Below, one piece after another: positions 24,226 through 38,453 of a stretch of DNA of 64,000 nt. The DNA comes from Vicugna vicugna (lineage: Eukaryota). The stretch spans positions 310,001-374,000 of the forward strand of contig MU057801.1 in the NCBI GenBank assembly GCA_013265495.1. Reading direction: 5' to 3'. Position numbers and translations under genes: made by a program. The notes beneath the pieces were generated by a model. It did not search any database, had not been told where the DNA came from, and saw nothing but the letters and a program-made list of their open reading frames with translations. The first letter of the stretch is position 1. Each line of letters opens with the position of its first letter.

Positions 24226-25286
24226 CCATGGCTGCCACAGGGTGGTAGGGTGAGCTTCCTGGGTGATTTTTAATTTCCTTCCTCACGTCGCCTAAATCTT
24301 GGAATCTTCCTACACCAGCCTTGAATATGGCAAGCGGTCGAAACCCATCCAATTGGCTCAAGTCACTGGGTTTATTACTACTCAGCAAAGGGAGGACTCC
24401 GAGGGCAATGCTGGTCTCACACGGGCTCACTAGCCCGGTGGGACCTGTCTCTGCCAGCTGACCCCTTCTCAGACACAGCGGTTGCAGGATGGGCGAGGTG
24501 GCGCCAGATCCTTTGTCACTTATGTCCAACAGGAAAAGAGTGGTGGGTGGGCTTCTTTTCAGAAGCCCCAGCACAAGTCTCATTGCATCTCGTTGGCTCA
24601 GATGGGTCCCGTGCGTCCCTCAAACCTGGCACTGGCCCAGAGGCTCCTGACTGGCATCACTCAGGTCTGGCCCCAAAGCACAGGGGCTGGGTCGGGGAGG
24701 GGTGCCCCGCCAGACACACGTCTGGGGACATTGCTGGAGAGAGAAGCGGGAGGCTGAGCTGCTTCCCACAGCGCTGTCTCAGGACAGGACCCCCTCGATC
24801 AACAGAAAGCGCACAGTGTGTGGGAGTAATGTCAGTGCCTTCTATTTCCTATGATTTCACTTTTCCAAGCTGTTTGATACATCTCGTCTTACTCTTACAA
24901 AACACGACAGAGCTCACTGCACTTCAGACGGGTGCACTTCAGCGTGTGCAGACGAGGCCTCAGCACAGGGGCAGCAAAGCTCACGACGAGGGGTGAGCGG
25001 AGGGGTTTCAGGAAGCTCGCTGCGTAACTGACAGGCCAGCCTCTCAAGTGGACTCTGAGGGGCGTTCTGAATGATCACTTTGTAGTTGGGGGACGCTTAA
25101 ATGAATGTTGGCATATTCGTTCAGCACATTATTACACAGATTTCAGAAAAATCAAAGCAGATCTGCGTGGCCTGTGCGGAATGGCGTCTAGCTTGGTGAG
25201 AAGCGCAAGGGGTCAGACAGTGACAGTAACGACACCTCCCGTTTAGGGGAGGTTTCTAGTGTTCCGAGCACTTTCTTAATCACTTT

Positions 25287-25572
25287 TTAAAACTCATTTT
25301 TAAAATTTTTTATGTGAAGTATAGTTGATGCACAGTGCTGTGTTAGTTTCTGGCGTGCGGCACAGTGACCAGTTAGACACGTCGTATGTATGTTCTTTTT
25401 CATTAGAGGTTATCACAAGTTATTGCATCTAGTTCCCTGTGCTGCATAGTAGGACCTTGCTGTTTGTTTGTTCTGTGCACTGTAGTTTGCATCTGCTAAT
25501 CCCAAACTCCCAACTTAGCCCTCCCCGCCTTTCCCCTTTGGTGACCATAAGTTTGTTTTCTGTATCTGTGAG
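25287..25572 (-). mobile_element. 5'-truncated L1 3' end
   Basis: Same 3'UTR family; TSD tcttaatcacttt / tcttgatcacttt. Confidence 0.85.
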
Positions 25573-25627
25573 TCTTGATCACTTTCCTTGTGTCGTTACG
25601 CACAGTGACTTTATTAGCTAGGTACCA

Positions 25628-25780
25628 TGGTGGTTATCCCCATTTTACAGGTAAGGAAACTGAGACTCAGAGAGGTTAAGTAACTAGTCCAAAGTGCACA
25701 CAGCAGGAAGTAGCAGAGCTGGAACTGGAACTAAGGCAGCCAGTGTCCAGAGCCAACTCCTAACCGCCTCACACGTTGCT
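25628..25780 (-). mobile_element. MIR SINE
   Basis: tatccccattttacaggtaaggaaactgagactcagagaggttaagtaact (MIR core). Confidence 0.88.
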
Positions 25781-26887
25781 CACTAGTCATATCTCTACTG
25801 TGTTTTCAGCATAAAGCTTTGTAACGCAGAGACCCTGGGACACAGAGGTCCGAGCCAGGTGGAACTTCTGCCTCTGCCACAAGGGGGTCCAGAGAGGCGC
25901 AGAAGGTCTAAGGAGAGTCACAGCTTCCCCCTCGAAGTTGTTCAGGGACCCAGGCTCCTTCCCTCATTGCTCCCCCATCGCATAGAGCAAGGGTCTCACC
26001 TGTCGTCTGCACGGAGAGTCGGGGGGGTCTGTGAATCCGGCTGGGAAGAAACACTACACCTTATGTTGCTAACCTCTGATAGAAATTCAGTGTGTCCGTC
26101 CTCCGTGAACGGAGGCAGTGGCCTCAGAAGTGCCGGCAGAGCCGTGGCGGCGGCCAGGGGCAATCCGGGTCTTTTCATGTCATGTGACGGTTGTTGCAAG
26201 TGTCCCGAGATACAGATGCTCGTCCAACTTTGAAATGTCCGTAAATTTATTCTCAACCAGGACTTTTTACCTGCTGGCGTCAATAAGGAGGCACAGATGT
26301 TACCAAAACACACATTTTAAAAATGTTTCAGTAGCTATATTTCAACATAATTTGTTGTCTTTTATTTAACACATCAAAAAGCGTTAGTCTGAGGAGGGGA
26401 CCCCAGCATCAGAGGGGCCCAGGGCGCAGAGAGGATTAGCCCGCCGTCCATGTGGCCTCCTTTCCTCCTTGTGCTGCGAGCGGGCTCAGAGCACCAGCGC
26501 CGAGTTTCAGCCCACGGGGGAGGATGCAGAGAAATGGAGGGGATGACTCCCCCCTTGCGGAAGCCATGTCATTCCCGTCCATCGTCTGGGCTCAGGGAGT
26601 CGGTTGCATGGCCCTGCCTCGCTGCAGGGGAGGCTGGGGGACAAGCCCCTGGAAGGCCAGGTGTGCGCCCAGCAAAAGCTCAGTTGATTCAGTCATTGAG
26701 ATGACACGGGGAAAGGGAAACTGTGGGACCGTCACATCCCGTGTTTGTCTTGCACATGTGTAGATGCTGTAGAAGGGCACACACAACGTTACCAACCTCA
26801 CGTGCCTTTGGGGAGCAGGGCCGGGAGGCTGCGGTGTAGGTGGAGACTTACTTTTTATTTTATGTCTGTTGGTTCTGTTTGATTTTT

Positions 26888-28010
26888 TTTCATGAATAAA
26901 ATTTATTTTTTAGAGCAGTTTTAGATGCACAGCAAAATTGAGCAGAAAGTGAAGAGGGTTTTGGCACCCCCCTTCCCCCGCCCCCCGCACCCGAGCTGCA
27001 CGGCTGTTCCCTTCGACGGACCCGCAGTGACTCAACGTGGCCCGCCGTTTCCGCGCTCACGTTAGAGTTCCTTCTCCTCCTGTGCGTTCTGCGGGTTTGG
27101 ACAAATGTGTACGGTGTGTCCAGCGTGACAGAGTCACACAGAGCAGTTTCTCAGAATCCTCTGCGCGCCACGCTCAAACCTCTCTCCTTCCCCACAAGCT
27201 CTGGCAGCCGACCGCTGCTTTTTGTTGTTTTGCTTTTTTTGGTGGGTGGAGGTAATTAGGTTCATCCATTCATTTATTCATTTTGACGGCAGCACTGGGG
27301 ATTGAACCCAGGGCTTCGCGCTGCTGAGCACCTGCTCTGCCACCCTCCCCCTTGACCACTGACCTTTTTCCTGTCTACGTAGTTTTGCCTTTTCTAGAAT
27401 GTCTTACAGCTGAAACCATACAGTACGTGGCCTTTGCAGGTTGGCTTCTTTCACTGAGGAAGAAGCATTTTAAAGTTCCTCCGCGTCTTCTCATGACTTG
27501 ACAGCTTGTTTCTTTTTAGCACAGAATAATACTCCACTGTCTGGTTGTACCAGGGTTTATTTATCCGTTCTGCTACTGAAGGACAGCTTGGTGGCCCCCA
27601 GGTTTTGGCAATTATGAGTAAGTCTGCTGTCAACATCTGTGTGCAGGTTTCTACATGGACGTTAAGTTTTCAACCCATTTGGTTGTGCACCAAGGATAGC
27701 AGTTTTAATATTTAGTTCTGTAAGGGAGAGCCAAACTCTCTTCCAGAGCCCTGTACCATTTTGCAGCTCCACCAGTGATGACTGAGAATCTCCCTTTTCT
27801 TCGCATCCTCCCGGGCACTTATCAGTGTATCGAGTTTTCACCATCCTGATGGGCGCGGAGGGGCACCGCGTTTGAAACTGCAGTTCCGTGATGACATATG
27901 GCTTGGAACGTGTTTTCATCTGCTCTTTGCCATCTGTGTATCGACTTTGGTGAGGTGTCTGTTCAGATCTTCCACCCCTTTGTAATAGTAGGTTGTTCAT
28001 TTCTGTTTGA
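26888..28010 (-). mobile_element. Old L1M 3' region (L1MB-like)
   Basis: tttagagcagttttagatgcacagcaaaattgagc…; ORF 27451..27636 gives the L1 ORF2 C-terminal-like LLIIAKTW…YYS. Confidence 0.75.
27219..27350 (-). mobile_element. tRNA-Ala-derived SINE, diverged, nested in L1M
   Basis: ggggattgaacccaggg B-box complement, taattaggtt tail motif, T-rich tail. Confidence 0.8.
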
Positions 28011-29806
28011 TTTTTTTTTAAAAAGAAAATCCTGGGCATGCGTTACTTCCATAATAGAAGGTGTGGTTAATTTTGTATCACTGAGATTTTACATTTTTAT
28101 TGTGACTCAAGCAGAGTCTTTACTAAATCTTCTTTGCGCTCGCTGCTTTCTTCAGTAGTGTGTATCGATGGCATTTCCTTATGACTCGGGTCCTCCTTCT
28201 GAGCAGAGGGCCGGGGATGGGGAGTGGGCCACGGGTCTGGCTGTGGAGGGGCCTCGTTCTCAGCGGCTTAATTACCTACATCACAGTCATACCCTTTCCT
28301 GCACACTCTCTCTTTTTTACTATGAACATGTGTGGCTTTTATTAAAAATTAAATTTAATTTTTAAAAACGATGAGACTTTCAACACTTGCCTGGCAGTTA
28401 GCCCCAGTGGCAGCAGGGCCCTAGTTTTTCATCTGGAACCACCTGCAGCATCAGTTTCCTTTTTTCTTTCTTTTTTTAAAAATCACGTACGTATAAAGTC
28501 GGAGCAGATCACGTACACCTGGGTTCTTTTCTGAAAAACCGAAGATCCACAAGCTGAAGTAGCTTCCCTGCCTTTGGAAAACCACGATCTTTGTCCCTGT
28601 TCCCATCTGAGCCCTTGTCAGGAACCGTCCTTTGTTCCTCTGAGTTTTGTCACCAACCCAGCCACCACTGGCCACCCGGTTGCCGGCACATGAAGTCCCG
28701 TAGCTCCTCTGCGCTGTCACTCTTGTTCCCGCCCCGTGTCCCCTCGGAATCTGTGCCTGGTCGTGAGGGAAGACGGCCCTCAAAACCCACGTCTGGGATG
28801 TCTCTCTTGTGCACGTGGCCGTGGGCTGCTGTTTTCCAGAGAAAGCTTAGATCTCTAATTCCTTAAATTCTTTTTTTTTTCTGTTTTGCAAGTTTATTGG
28901 ATCATCTTGCCACAGAATCATTCCAGCAGCGTGAGATGTCTCTCCTTTATATGGGAACGTTGATAGCAAGTGAATTCTGATAAACACACCATGCAATTTC
29001 AAGATTCTAGAATCACAGCCCAGGAGTCCGGAGCAGGCCCCTCTGCATGCACGCTCTGGCGTCTCTTGAGACCACGTCGATGTCTCGCCTTTCCCTTACG
29101 CTCCGTTCGAAACTCAGAGAGCTTTTAAAATGCTGGGAGTGGTAGTTTTGCCTGGAGGACTGTGTGGCCGAGAAGGGACCGCGGTCTCCAGACCCGCCGT
29201 CTTCCCTCTGCTCCTTTAGAGCCTCGGCCCCGGGGCCCCTGCAGGCAGGGGGAGAGGGTCGGGGCCCGCTGACCTGGAGACGTTCCTACAAAACCGTAGG
29301 GGAAGGATGAACCCACACCCTTCCTTCCCAGAGGTTCTTGTAATTTTTTTTAAGTGATTTGTGTCAAGTGATGGCTTTGGAGGGAGTTCCTGTCTCACAA
29401 AATGAAGCTCAGAAATGTGAGTCTGGAGCCACCTTGGAGACCAGCCATCCCCTGGGGTGGCACCGGTTTTGCCCGGGGTGGGCGGTGCTGCCTTCCCGGG
29501 GCTTCCACGTCTGCCCACGTCTCCCCACCGTGTTCTCGGAAAGGCCCCAGATGTTGTCATTATCAGTCCCCTACACGGACAGCCGGGGGCACCCGAGGTC
29601 CTTTGCGGTGAGGCTCTGGGACTCACTCTCCCGTCTTGTGGGGCCCACACTCGGCCTTTAGTCGGGAAGGCCTTGCAAGGGTTCGGCCCTGATGTCGGGG
29701 AAGACCATCGGGTGGCTGGTAGCCCCACAAGGCCATCACGGACCTGGCATTGGTCCCCTGCCCCAGGGGACCCGTCCTCGTCCTTACTCAGGGAGAGTTC
29801 TGTATT

Positions 29807-30076
29807 TCCTTTTTCTTTTCTTTCTTTTTTTTTTTTTAGTTTTTTTGTTTTTAGTTTAAGTGTAGTCAGTTACAACGCTGTGTCAGTTTCTGGTGTGCAG
29901 CACACGCTTCAGCCATGCGCATACATACGCATATCCACTTCATATTCTTTGTGCATTGCAGGCTATTGCAGGGTGTTGAATACAGCTCCCTGGGCTGCAC
30001 AGTAGGACCTGGTTGTCTATCTGTGTTACATATGGTAGTGTGTCTACAAATCCCATTTTACACCCCCTGCCCCCCT
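29807..30076 (-). mobile_element. 5'-truncated L1 3' end
   Basis: T-rich tail then 3'UTR; TSD agagttctgtatt / agagctctgtatt. Confidence 0.85.
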
Positions 30077-33000
30077 AGAGCTCTGTATTCCGCAGCTGGC
30101 CGGCTCCACTCCCAGTGCCGTCCGTCGGTCAGTGTGGCCGAAATGCAGGTAAGAGCCCCGCCACCGCCTTCTGAGTCTGTCTGTCTGGGAGTCTGGGTTG
30201 TCCCCACTTGACTGAAAGCTTGAGAAGCCTTGAAGGTGCTTCTGCTTTTATGAGTAAATCACTGGGTAGAAAAGAGCTGCGATTTTCTCTCTGCTCCAGA
30301 TACAGATTTTCTGTAACCACGTAAGCCATGGCGACTTTAAGCCCTTTGTTATCTGGTAATTTTGGGGGTTCTGTTGAGGTATTAAGCCCCTCTGTGCTGC
30401 ATAAATAGACCCCTGGGCTGGGTTTTATAAGAATATTTGAGCAAGGACAGTCATATGGATTTGTAGCTACTTATTCCAAGTAACGCTTTAATTTCTCTTA
30501 TCTCTAATTCTTTTTTTCAATCAAGTGTAGCTGACTTACGCCATCATGTTAGTCTCAGGTGTACAACATAGCGATTCGCTATTTTTATAGATTATACTCC
30601 AGATAAAGTTAGAAAGTACTGACTTCCCTGTGCCGGGCGCTACATCAAGTCCTTCTCTTGTCATAAACACCCTGCTCACACCCTGTGTTCTGCCAAAACC
30701 ATCTTTTTAAATCTCGGAACTTGGGTGATCAGTGGGAAGCGCTTCAGCTGGAAGAGCAGGAAGCCCAGCTCAAAGTGGCTTCAGCCGCAGGGCGTGTGTC
30801 TGTTGGCTCACACGGCTGGGAGGGCTGGAGGCGGGCAGCGCTTTGGGGTCCGAGTCTTTGGGGTCCTAGTCTCTTTCCTTGTCCGCCCTGCTTCCCCCGC
30901 GTGAGCGCCAGCCTGGGGTCAGCGTCCCTCATGGGGGCGCAGCGGGTGCTGCGGGCTGGTGACACCTGTGACCCCTGGGACGGGGTGGTGGCTAGAGGTG
31001 GCTCCCTCCCCCACAGGCCCCCCGCCCGCTTCCCTCCGTCACCTGACGCGTGGTATTGACCGTGTAGTCTGTGCCGGCCCCCGGGCCAGCAGAAGTGACC
31101 CGGACAGACCCAACGCCTCGCCCTGGTGGGGCCTGCATTCCAGGCAGAGGAGAAGGACGTAAGGAGAGGGAAGAGAGCGTCTCTCGTGTGTAAGTGACGA
31201 GGCCCCCGCGGGTGAGCGATGCTGGAGGTGGGCGTGGAGTGGGGTGCCACGGGGGCACAGCCAGGCATGGCCCCCTGCCCCTCCTTTTCATGCCGTGACT
31301 CTTAAATACCTTGTGTTCTTCCATTTTCTGCATCACTTGTCCTGACTTTTGGGATGGATTGTTCTTGCTCTTAAGTTTGGTCACTTTAAATTTCATGACC
31401 TCATGTCCTGCTCCCCCGCCCAGGCTCGTTCCTCTCCCCTTGGGAAATCACATTTGTGTCTGTCACCTGCCTTCCGGCTGCACGGGTGAGCCCGGGGACA
31501 GATCATTCATGCGCTTGTCAGCGATGTCCACCTCTTCTGTCACCAGCTCCAGGCGAGGCGCCCTCGCTTTTCACTAATGGCTGCTGGGCCTGGAGAGGAG
31601 GGCACATCCTGGTGTTGACGTTAGCTTGCATTCTGAACGTGTACAAACGAAAGGCTGGTTAGCACTATTTCACCCGGGGAGCGCTGGGACGCTGCCGCGG
31701 GTCACACGAGGCTGGAACGTGGTGCAGGGCGTCCCCTTCCTCTTCCATCCCCGTCTTTACCATCCCCGACTTTTCCTTTCTCTTGTTCATTCATGCGTGG
31801 AGGCACGTTTGGATGAACTGGCCTCTCCTCCCATCTTCCCGCCCCTCCGAACTACGTTTTCTGAAATTTGCCATTTTTCACTTGGGGGAGGGGGACTATG
31901 TTTCAAACTTACTCATCCAACTAATGTTTATTGTGCTAGAAACTATTTTCTGTGAATAAATGTTGACCGCTAAGTACCACCGCTTGTCACCTTTGCTCGG
32001 TAAATAAAAATGCCCGTAGGCAGTTAGCTTGTAAACGGTCGCTCCCCGCAGTGTTTTCACTTTATGTGCTTTTCTGTGGGCGACTCGCTCCTGCTTGGCT
32101 GTCGTCTTTCTCTAGCACGTCGGCGTTGTACCTGTTCCAGGCCTGCGTCCTCGTCACCGAGGGTGTCTTAGGGATGTCAGTCTTTCTGATGCTTTTAATC
32201 AGCTTCCCTGAATAGAAGGAAATAGAAATCTTATTTTGTGCTTACTGTTTTGTTTTGCTTTTTGGTTGAAACTGAAATACCAGTGAGTGTCGAATTGTTT
32301 TATTCTATTTCATTTTAATTAAGGATCACACATGTTGAAATAAAACACTCAGCCTCCTTACAACTTTGCTTTGAGGGCACTTTGTTTTCCAGGGAGCTTT
32401 CTGTGCAGGCAGCCATATCCACACCGGGCACGTGCCTCAGAGCCCCAGCGAAGAGGTCACCTGTGGAGTAAACCTACATTCTGCTTTTCGAGCTGAGCAA
32501 AAACAATAGCAAAGTCGCTCTTGAAGGCAAACATGAGGCAGCAGAGAGCAGCCGCTTCCAATAGAACTGGAGGGCGCCGCAGAGCGCGTGTGACGTGTTC
32601 TCACAGCCGCGGGATGTAAACCTCAGAAAGAAGTGGCTGAAACTAATTGTAATGATCATGTTAGCCCCTTGTGGCCAAAATTGTCTCGACCTATAATCAG
32701 TGTAAAAAGGATCAATGAGATGGTTTACACTCAGTCCGGTAGCCGGCCTGCAGGACGCAGGGGGCATCTGCACGCACAGCGCGTCTCAGTGCTGACATGC
32801 TGCGGCGCCGGTGCTGCGCAGCCCCGCGTGGCTCCGGCTCCGTGCTGGACAGCGGGGCTCTGGGACAAGGCGCAGACACATTGCTGCTGCCCGTTCCTCC
32901 TCCTGCGAGTCCGGGAGCATATGAAAACTGTGCCGCGCTCTTCTTTGGCGAATGTAAGTGGCAGAGACAAGAGCCTCACGATGTAACACAGAGTACTTGT

Positions 33001-33349
33001 GTCCCCTAATCGCCTGTAGATTTTCAAGGGCAAACTAGTGAAATAACATTTGTGTTTTTGTGATACTTGGCAATAAAATGGCCCCACATCCCACTGGACA
33101 TTTACTGAGCGCTCCTGCGAGCGAGGAAAAGCCCGGGCCTGTCAGAGTGGACCACGACGTGGCCTGAGCCTCCAGGCCGGCCAGGGAGAGGACGCCTGCG
33201 TCTCGGAGGGCAAAGGCTGGCCCCGAGAGACACGCGGGGAAGGCTAGGTGCTCACAGCCTCCCGGCTCCCGCAGCACTTTTGGCAACTCACTGGCATCCT
33301 CGGTCACGCACAGAAGCATCGGGGAGCCTCTGGCCATCCCCCGCAAGCC

Positions 33350-33720
33350 GCGTCATCCGCTCATCCTGCAGACGCCGACTGAGCGCGTACTGCGTGCCAG
33401 GCGTTGTTCTGGCCACGGGGAGGCAGCAGTGAGCAAACAGACCCAAATTCTTACCCTCGTGACGCTTTACTTTAGTGACGGGGGGCAGACGACGACAAAA
33501 TAAATAGGTGGTAGGAAGTCCTATGGAGAAAAACAGAACACGGATGGAGATGGGGGAGTCAGGTTTCCGAACTTTAAATAGGGGTGGGTGTCAGGTTCGG
33601 GGGCCTCCCTGCGAGGGTGCAGTTTGAGCAGACACTTGAGGTGAACCGACAAGGTTGTGCATTTGCGGTGAGGAAGGCGGAAGGCGTCTGGAAGGTCTGA
33701 GGAGCAGCAGGGGGCCTGTG
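33350..33720 (-). mobile_element. L2 3' remnant
   Basis: actgagcgcgtactgcgtgccaggcgttgttctgg…cagcagtgagcaaacagac…tttgagcagacacttga. Confidence 0.6.
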
Positions 33721-35049
33721 CGCAGAGCAGGGGAAGCGAAGTCCGCCGTCTGGGCATGAGTCAGGGGCCAGATCCCAGAGAGACAGCAGGCCGGGGCGCC
33801 CAGCCGTCCCAGGACTCCGGCTTTCCCGACGGGAATCTTCGCCCGGGTCCTCAGCCTCCGTCCGCCGGTAGAGTTCAGGAGAACACCGCGTCTTTATTTT
33901 CTTTACGTCCTAACTACGATGTGGCATTTCCTTCCGTTGTAAAGGTAGGCAGCAAACCACAACAGGATCAGCCGTGCCTGTAACTGTCCCTTAGGTGGAA
34001 ACAGCGGGTGTTTTCCGACCCTTCCGTGTCGTGGGATTTGCAGATCTCTGCAGATACCGCTCACGACCCATGTGTATCTCTACAGCAAAATTATGGAAAT
34101 TGTTAGATCACTGCTGAATCGCGTTACTCAGTGAGGTTCATGTACTGTAATCCTACGCATTTAATTTCATGCATTTAAAAACATCATTCTGAGAGGGGTC
34201 CTTGGCATAAAAAAGGTGAAAACCCCTGCCTGCCCTAGGATTTGAGTGGAAGTGTCTCATGATCTGACTTGGGGTCGTTTTGGAAGCGCTGTTCTTCCTG
34301 CTGTGTGCGCAGGATGGATTGTTGGGGCGGAGGTGGAGGCGAGAAGCCCCACCACGATGCTGCGGCGACAGCCCAGGCAAGAGATGCTGGTGGCAGGGCC
34401 AGCGTCCGAGGTGGTGCATTTTGAGGGGACTGGCGTGCGGCTGGGAAGGGAAGGGGCGGGGAAGAGAGTCAAGACGAAGGCAAGGGTTTGGGCCTGAGCC
34501 CCTGGGAGGAGGGCACGGCCGCTGACTCGGGCAGCTGGTGGGGGGCTTCGGGACCATGCAATCGGGAGGTCTGGTGGATGGGCAGGTTTTTTTGTTTGGG
34601 AGAAGCAAGACCCTTTAGATCACGTTTATGCAGACCTTCAACAGTGCTTTAAATCTTTTGCTTGATACCAGTTTCTGAGCCAAGTGTATCAAACTCCAGC
34701 AAATGATGGTGAAATTTGTCGTGTTCTAGCTCTAGTTCTGCCAATTTTTCAATTTTTTTAAAAAATTGAAGTATACTCGATTTACTGTCAGTTTTTAAAT
34801 TTAATATGAGACTATATTGTTAGATCCCTGCATATTTGATGTTGCTGTATCTTCCCGGTGAACTTCTGCTTTTGTAATTAAATGAAGACCTTTTTTCCTC
34901 CCAATGCTTTTTGCCTTCAGGTCTAACTTACCTCATAGTTATTTGCGGCACCAGCTTATTATTATTATTTTTTGGCTATTCATCACCATCCCCCCCTTTC
35001 CATCCTTTCAGCTTTCTTTGGTATTAGTATATACATGTATATTTTGTAG

Positions 35050-35560
35050 CAGTTTTATTAAGATATAAGTCACACCATGCAATTCACCCAAAGTGTGCAG
35101 TGCAGTGGTTTCAGTGCATTCACAGTTGTGTGCAGTCATCACTTCTATCTGGTTCCCCAGCATTTCCATGACCCCAAAGAGTGCCCTGTGCCTGTGAAGC
35201 AGTGACTCCTGTTCCCTCCCGCTCTGGCCCCCGGCAGCAGCTCCTCCGCTGTCTGTCCCTACGCACTCGCCTGTTCTGGACGTTCCTTAGAAATGGATTC
35301 AGTCTGTGGCCCCCAGGCGTGTGCCTTCTTTCACTTCTCAAGGTTCATCCACATTGCAGCCTGTCAGCACTTCCTCCCCTTTTGTGCTGAATGACATTCC
35401 AGTGCAGAGACAGGCCACGTTCCGTGCATCCATTCAGAAGTTGATGAACATTTGGGCTCTTTCTGCCTTTGGGGTGATTATGAGTAGCATGCTGTGAACA
35501 TTCACGAACAGATTTCATGTGAACACACGGTCTTAATTCCCTCGGGGATCTCTCTAGGAC
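35050..35560 (-). mobile_element. Old L1M 3' end (L1MB-like)
   Basis: agttttattaagatataagtcacaccatgcaattcaccc…aaggttcatccacattg. Confidence 0.7.
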
Positions 35561-37549
35561 TTTTGTGGTCTTGTTTTTTTACATTTGTATCTTTCATTCA
35601 TCTGAACTCGATTTTGGCATAAGGTGGCTATGTCGGCACCAAGTTCTTATCTCTCACTTAAAACTTGCTCATGATATTTCCATGATTAAGGTGATAGTAA
35701 TTGATAACCTTTGTATCAGTTAATTCTAGACATAGATTCTTCTTTGCAAATATGCCACTTGGGCCATAGAATGGAAGCAGGAATTAAAACTTAGGCATGG
35801 GAGAGGCCAAGGTGGCGGAGTAGAAGGATGCTTGTAGCTCATCCTCTCCCACAGATACACCAAAACTCACATCTACGGACCCACTCAGCCAACCAGAGCA
35901 CCTGCCGAACTCCGACAGAATGTTGCCCTCTTTGAAAGACAGAGATGCCAAAAACTGGTAGAAGAAAAGGAAAAAAGGAAGAAGGAAAAGCAAAACTGTG
36001 GGACGGGTCCCGTGGGGAGGGAGCGGCAAAGGAGGACTGGCACTCGTTCGCTGGGTCTCCCCCCTCCAACGGAGAGGCCAGCAGGATGGAGGGGGGTCTC
36101 CGAGGCTCAGATCTGCCCCGAGCACCCCTTGACTGACAGAACCAAGTTAGACGGGCACAGAGGGTCCCCACGACACCCAGCCCAAGATGCGAGCTGGCAG
36201 CCGGGGGCCGGGCCAGGCCGCCCAAGCCAGGCGGAGGACTTGGGTGGCTGCACTGAGGTGGCCCCGGGGAACTGCAGGGGGCTGTGCGCCATGGCTGGGA
36301 GGGGACACAGAGCAGAACAACCTGGGTCCCCCATAAATTACAGGGGAAAAAAAAAGCAAAGCAACACGGCTGCTGTGCCCTGGGGGAAGGGGCGCCGTAA
36401 CCTTTGTCTCCTCAGACCCGCGGCGCCATTACTGGCACTTCTCATAAGAAGAGAGGCGGGGTGCAGCCACAGCCGCCATCTCCTCCTGTGCACAGAGCCC
36501 GGGTCGGGGCGGGGCCGGACCTGAGTCCACATCTGGGGCTCTGCAACCTCCTAAGCAGGACTGAGACTTGTTTACAGCTGGAGGCAGATAGGATCTTTCT
36601 GCCCTGACACCTCAGAGAACTCGTGCTGCCAAGCAAACAAGGAGCTGGGTTTTGGCATGGAGCAGGGGTGGAGTGGTTCCGTGATCTTCCCTGAGCCCGC
36701 CTATGGAGCACCAACATGAGGTGGAGCAGGCAGCTGCACAGAGCAGCAGAGAGACCAGTGCCAAGAGAGGGTAGGCAGCCACCCGCCTTCCTGGTAGGAG
36801 CACAGCACCTGAACGCAGTGTGGTGAGGCGGCGAGATCCACCCACCTACCTTGCCCAAGCGCAGCATCTGACTGTGGCATCAGGAGGGGTAGTGACCTGC
36901 CCGCCCACTGTGAAGGAGATCTGCACCTGACCCAGTGCTAGGAGGGGGCGCGATCTGCTTTCCGACAGGCACTGGGAGCAGCACTGATGAGGGTGCCAAT
37001 GGAAGGCCTCTGGAAACAGCAAGCTGAGTCTGCAAAACAGGGCAAAGACAGAAAGACCTCTCGATAAAATCATTAGGAGTACACAGTCTCCACGAGAACA
37101 CATCCTTTTTTTTTAAATCATTTTTATATCTGTTCTATTTTCTATTACCTTTTAAACAATTGTATATGTCTACAGTTTTAATCCCTTTAAAATTTTTTTT
37201 TTTAGAATATTTTTTTTATTATTATTTTTAAAACCCACCTCATTTCATTTTTAATTCTCTTGGTTTTGATCTCCTGTTATTGATTATACACAGGTTTCAA
37301 ATACTGTTTTCTGATTTTTTCCCTTTTTAAAAATGTTTTTAAAAGAGGTCTCATCTGAATTGCTATTCTGCTTCAACTTGCTCTTCTATTATTGATTCTA
37401 CACTGTTAAAACTTTTTTCCCTCCATTCTTTAAAAATTCTCTTTTTTTAAAGTTTTATTCCTGCATAGGCTTTAGATAGACAAATAAATAAACTCCTTAA
37501 GGACCACAATAGATAACTGAAATTCCATAAACCACAGTGCCAGATAGGT

Positions 37550-38453
37550 ATGAGCAGTATGAAGAAGCAAAGGAACCACTCCCGATTAAAAGAGCAAGAG
37601 AAATCCTCTGAAAGAACAATCAGTGAAATAGACATTGATGGCCTACTAGATCAAGATTTCAAAAAAGGAGTGATTGAAGTACTGACGGAAGTAAAAAAGA
37701 GAGTGTTTAGAGATATAAAATATGTCAAAAATGAAATTGAAGCTATAAAGAAGAGCCAGGTAGAATTGATAAACTCATTTGCTGAGATGAGAGCTGACCT
37801 AAAGGCTGTGCAAAGCAGGCTAGATAATGCAGAGGAACGAATAAGTGACCTAGAAGACAGAACAACAGGAAGCACCCAGTCAGAACAGATGAGAGAAAAA
37901 CAAATAAAAAACAATGAAAACAATATAAGGGACCTGTGGGATAATATAAAGCATGCCAATCTATGAATAATAGGGGTTCCAGAAGGGGAACAAAGAACAA
38001 AGGGGATTGAAAAGATATTTGAAGAAATCATGACTGAAAACTTCCCAAACCTAAAGAAGGAATCAGATATCCAAGTACAGGAGGCTCAGAGGGTCCCAAA
38101 CAGGAAGAGCCCAAACAGACCCACACCAAGACATATCATAATCAAGATGGCCAGAGTCAAGGATAAAGAAATGACCCTAAAGGCAGCAAGAGGAAAACAA
38201 AGAATGAGTTACAAGGGAACCCCCATAAGGCTTCTCAGCTGATTTCTCTACACAAACGCTATAGGCCAGAAGGGAGTGGCAAGATATATTCAAAGTCCTG
38301 AATGAAAAAAAGATGCAGCCTAGGATACTCTACCCAGCAAGGCTTTCCTTCAGAATAGAAGGAAAGATAAAGAACTTCACAGACAAGCAAAAACTAAAAG
38401 AGTTTAGCGACACTAAACCCATGCTAAAAGAAATATTGACAGGTCTATTCTAA
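37550..38453 (+). pseudogene. L1 ORF1p, disrupted
   Basis: Coiled coil then NL*IIGVPE (TGA at 37964, likely CGA>TGA), TPRHIIIKM, and a +1 frameshift near 38230 (IRLSADFS motif); stop TAA at 38451. Confidence 0.9.

Noticed and set aside
23828..24583. 251-aa minus-strand ORF
   Set aside because: Overlaps LTR remnants, has no recognisable domain or splice context; likely a chance ORF in GC-rich DNA.
35784..36867. Antisense ORFs in the L1 5'UTR as an ORF0 analogue
   Set aside because: Several overlapping frames, mostly with non-ATG starts, as expected in a GC-rich UTR; no supporting evidence from a single copy.
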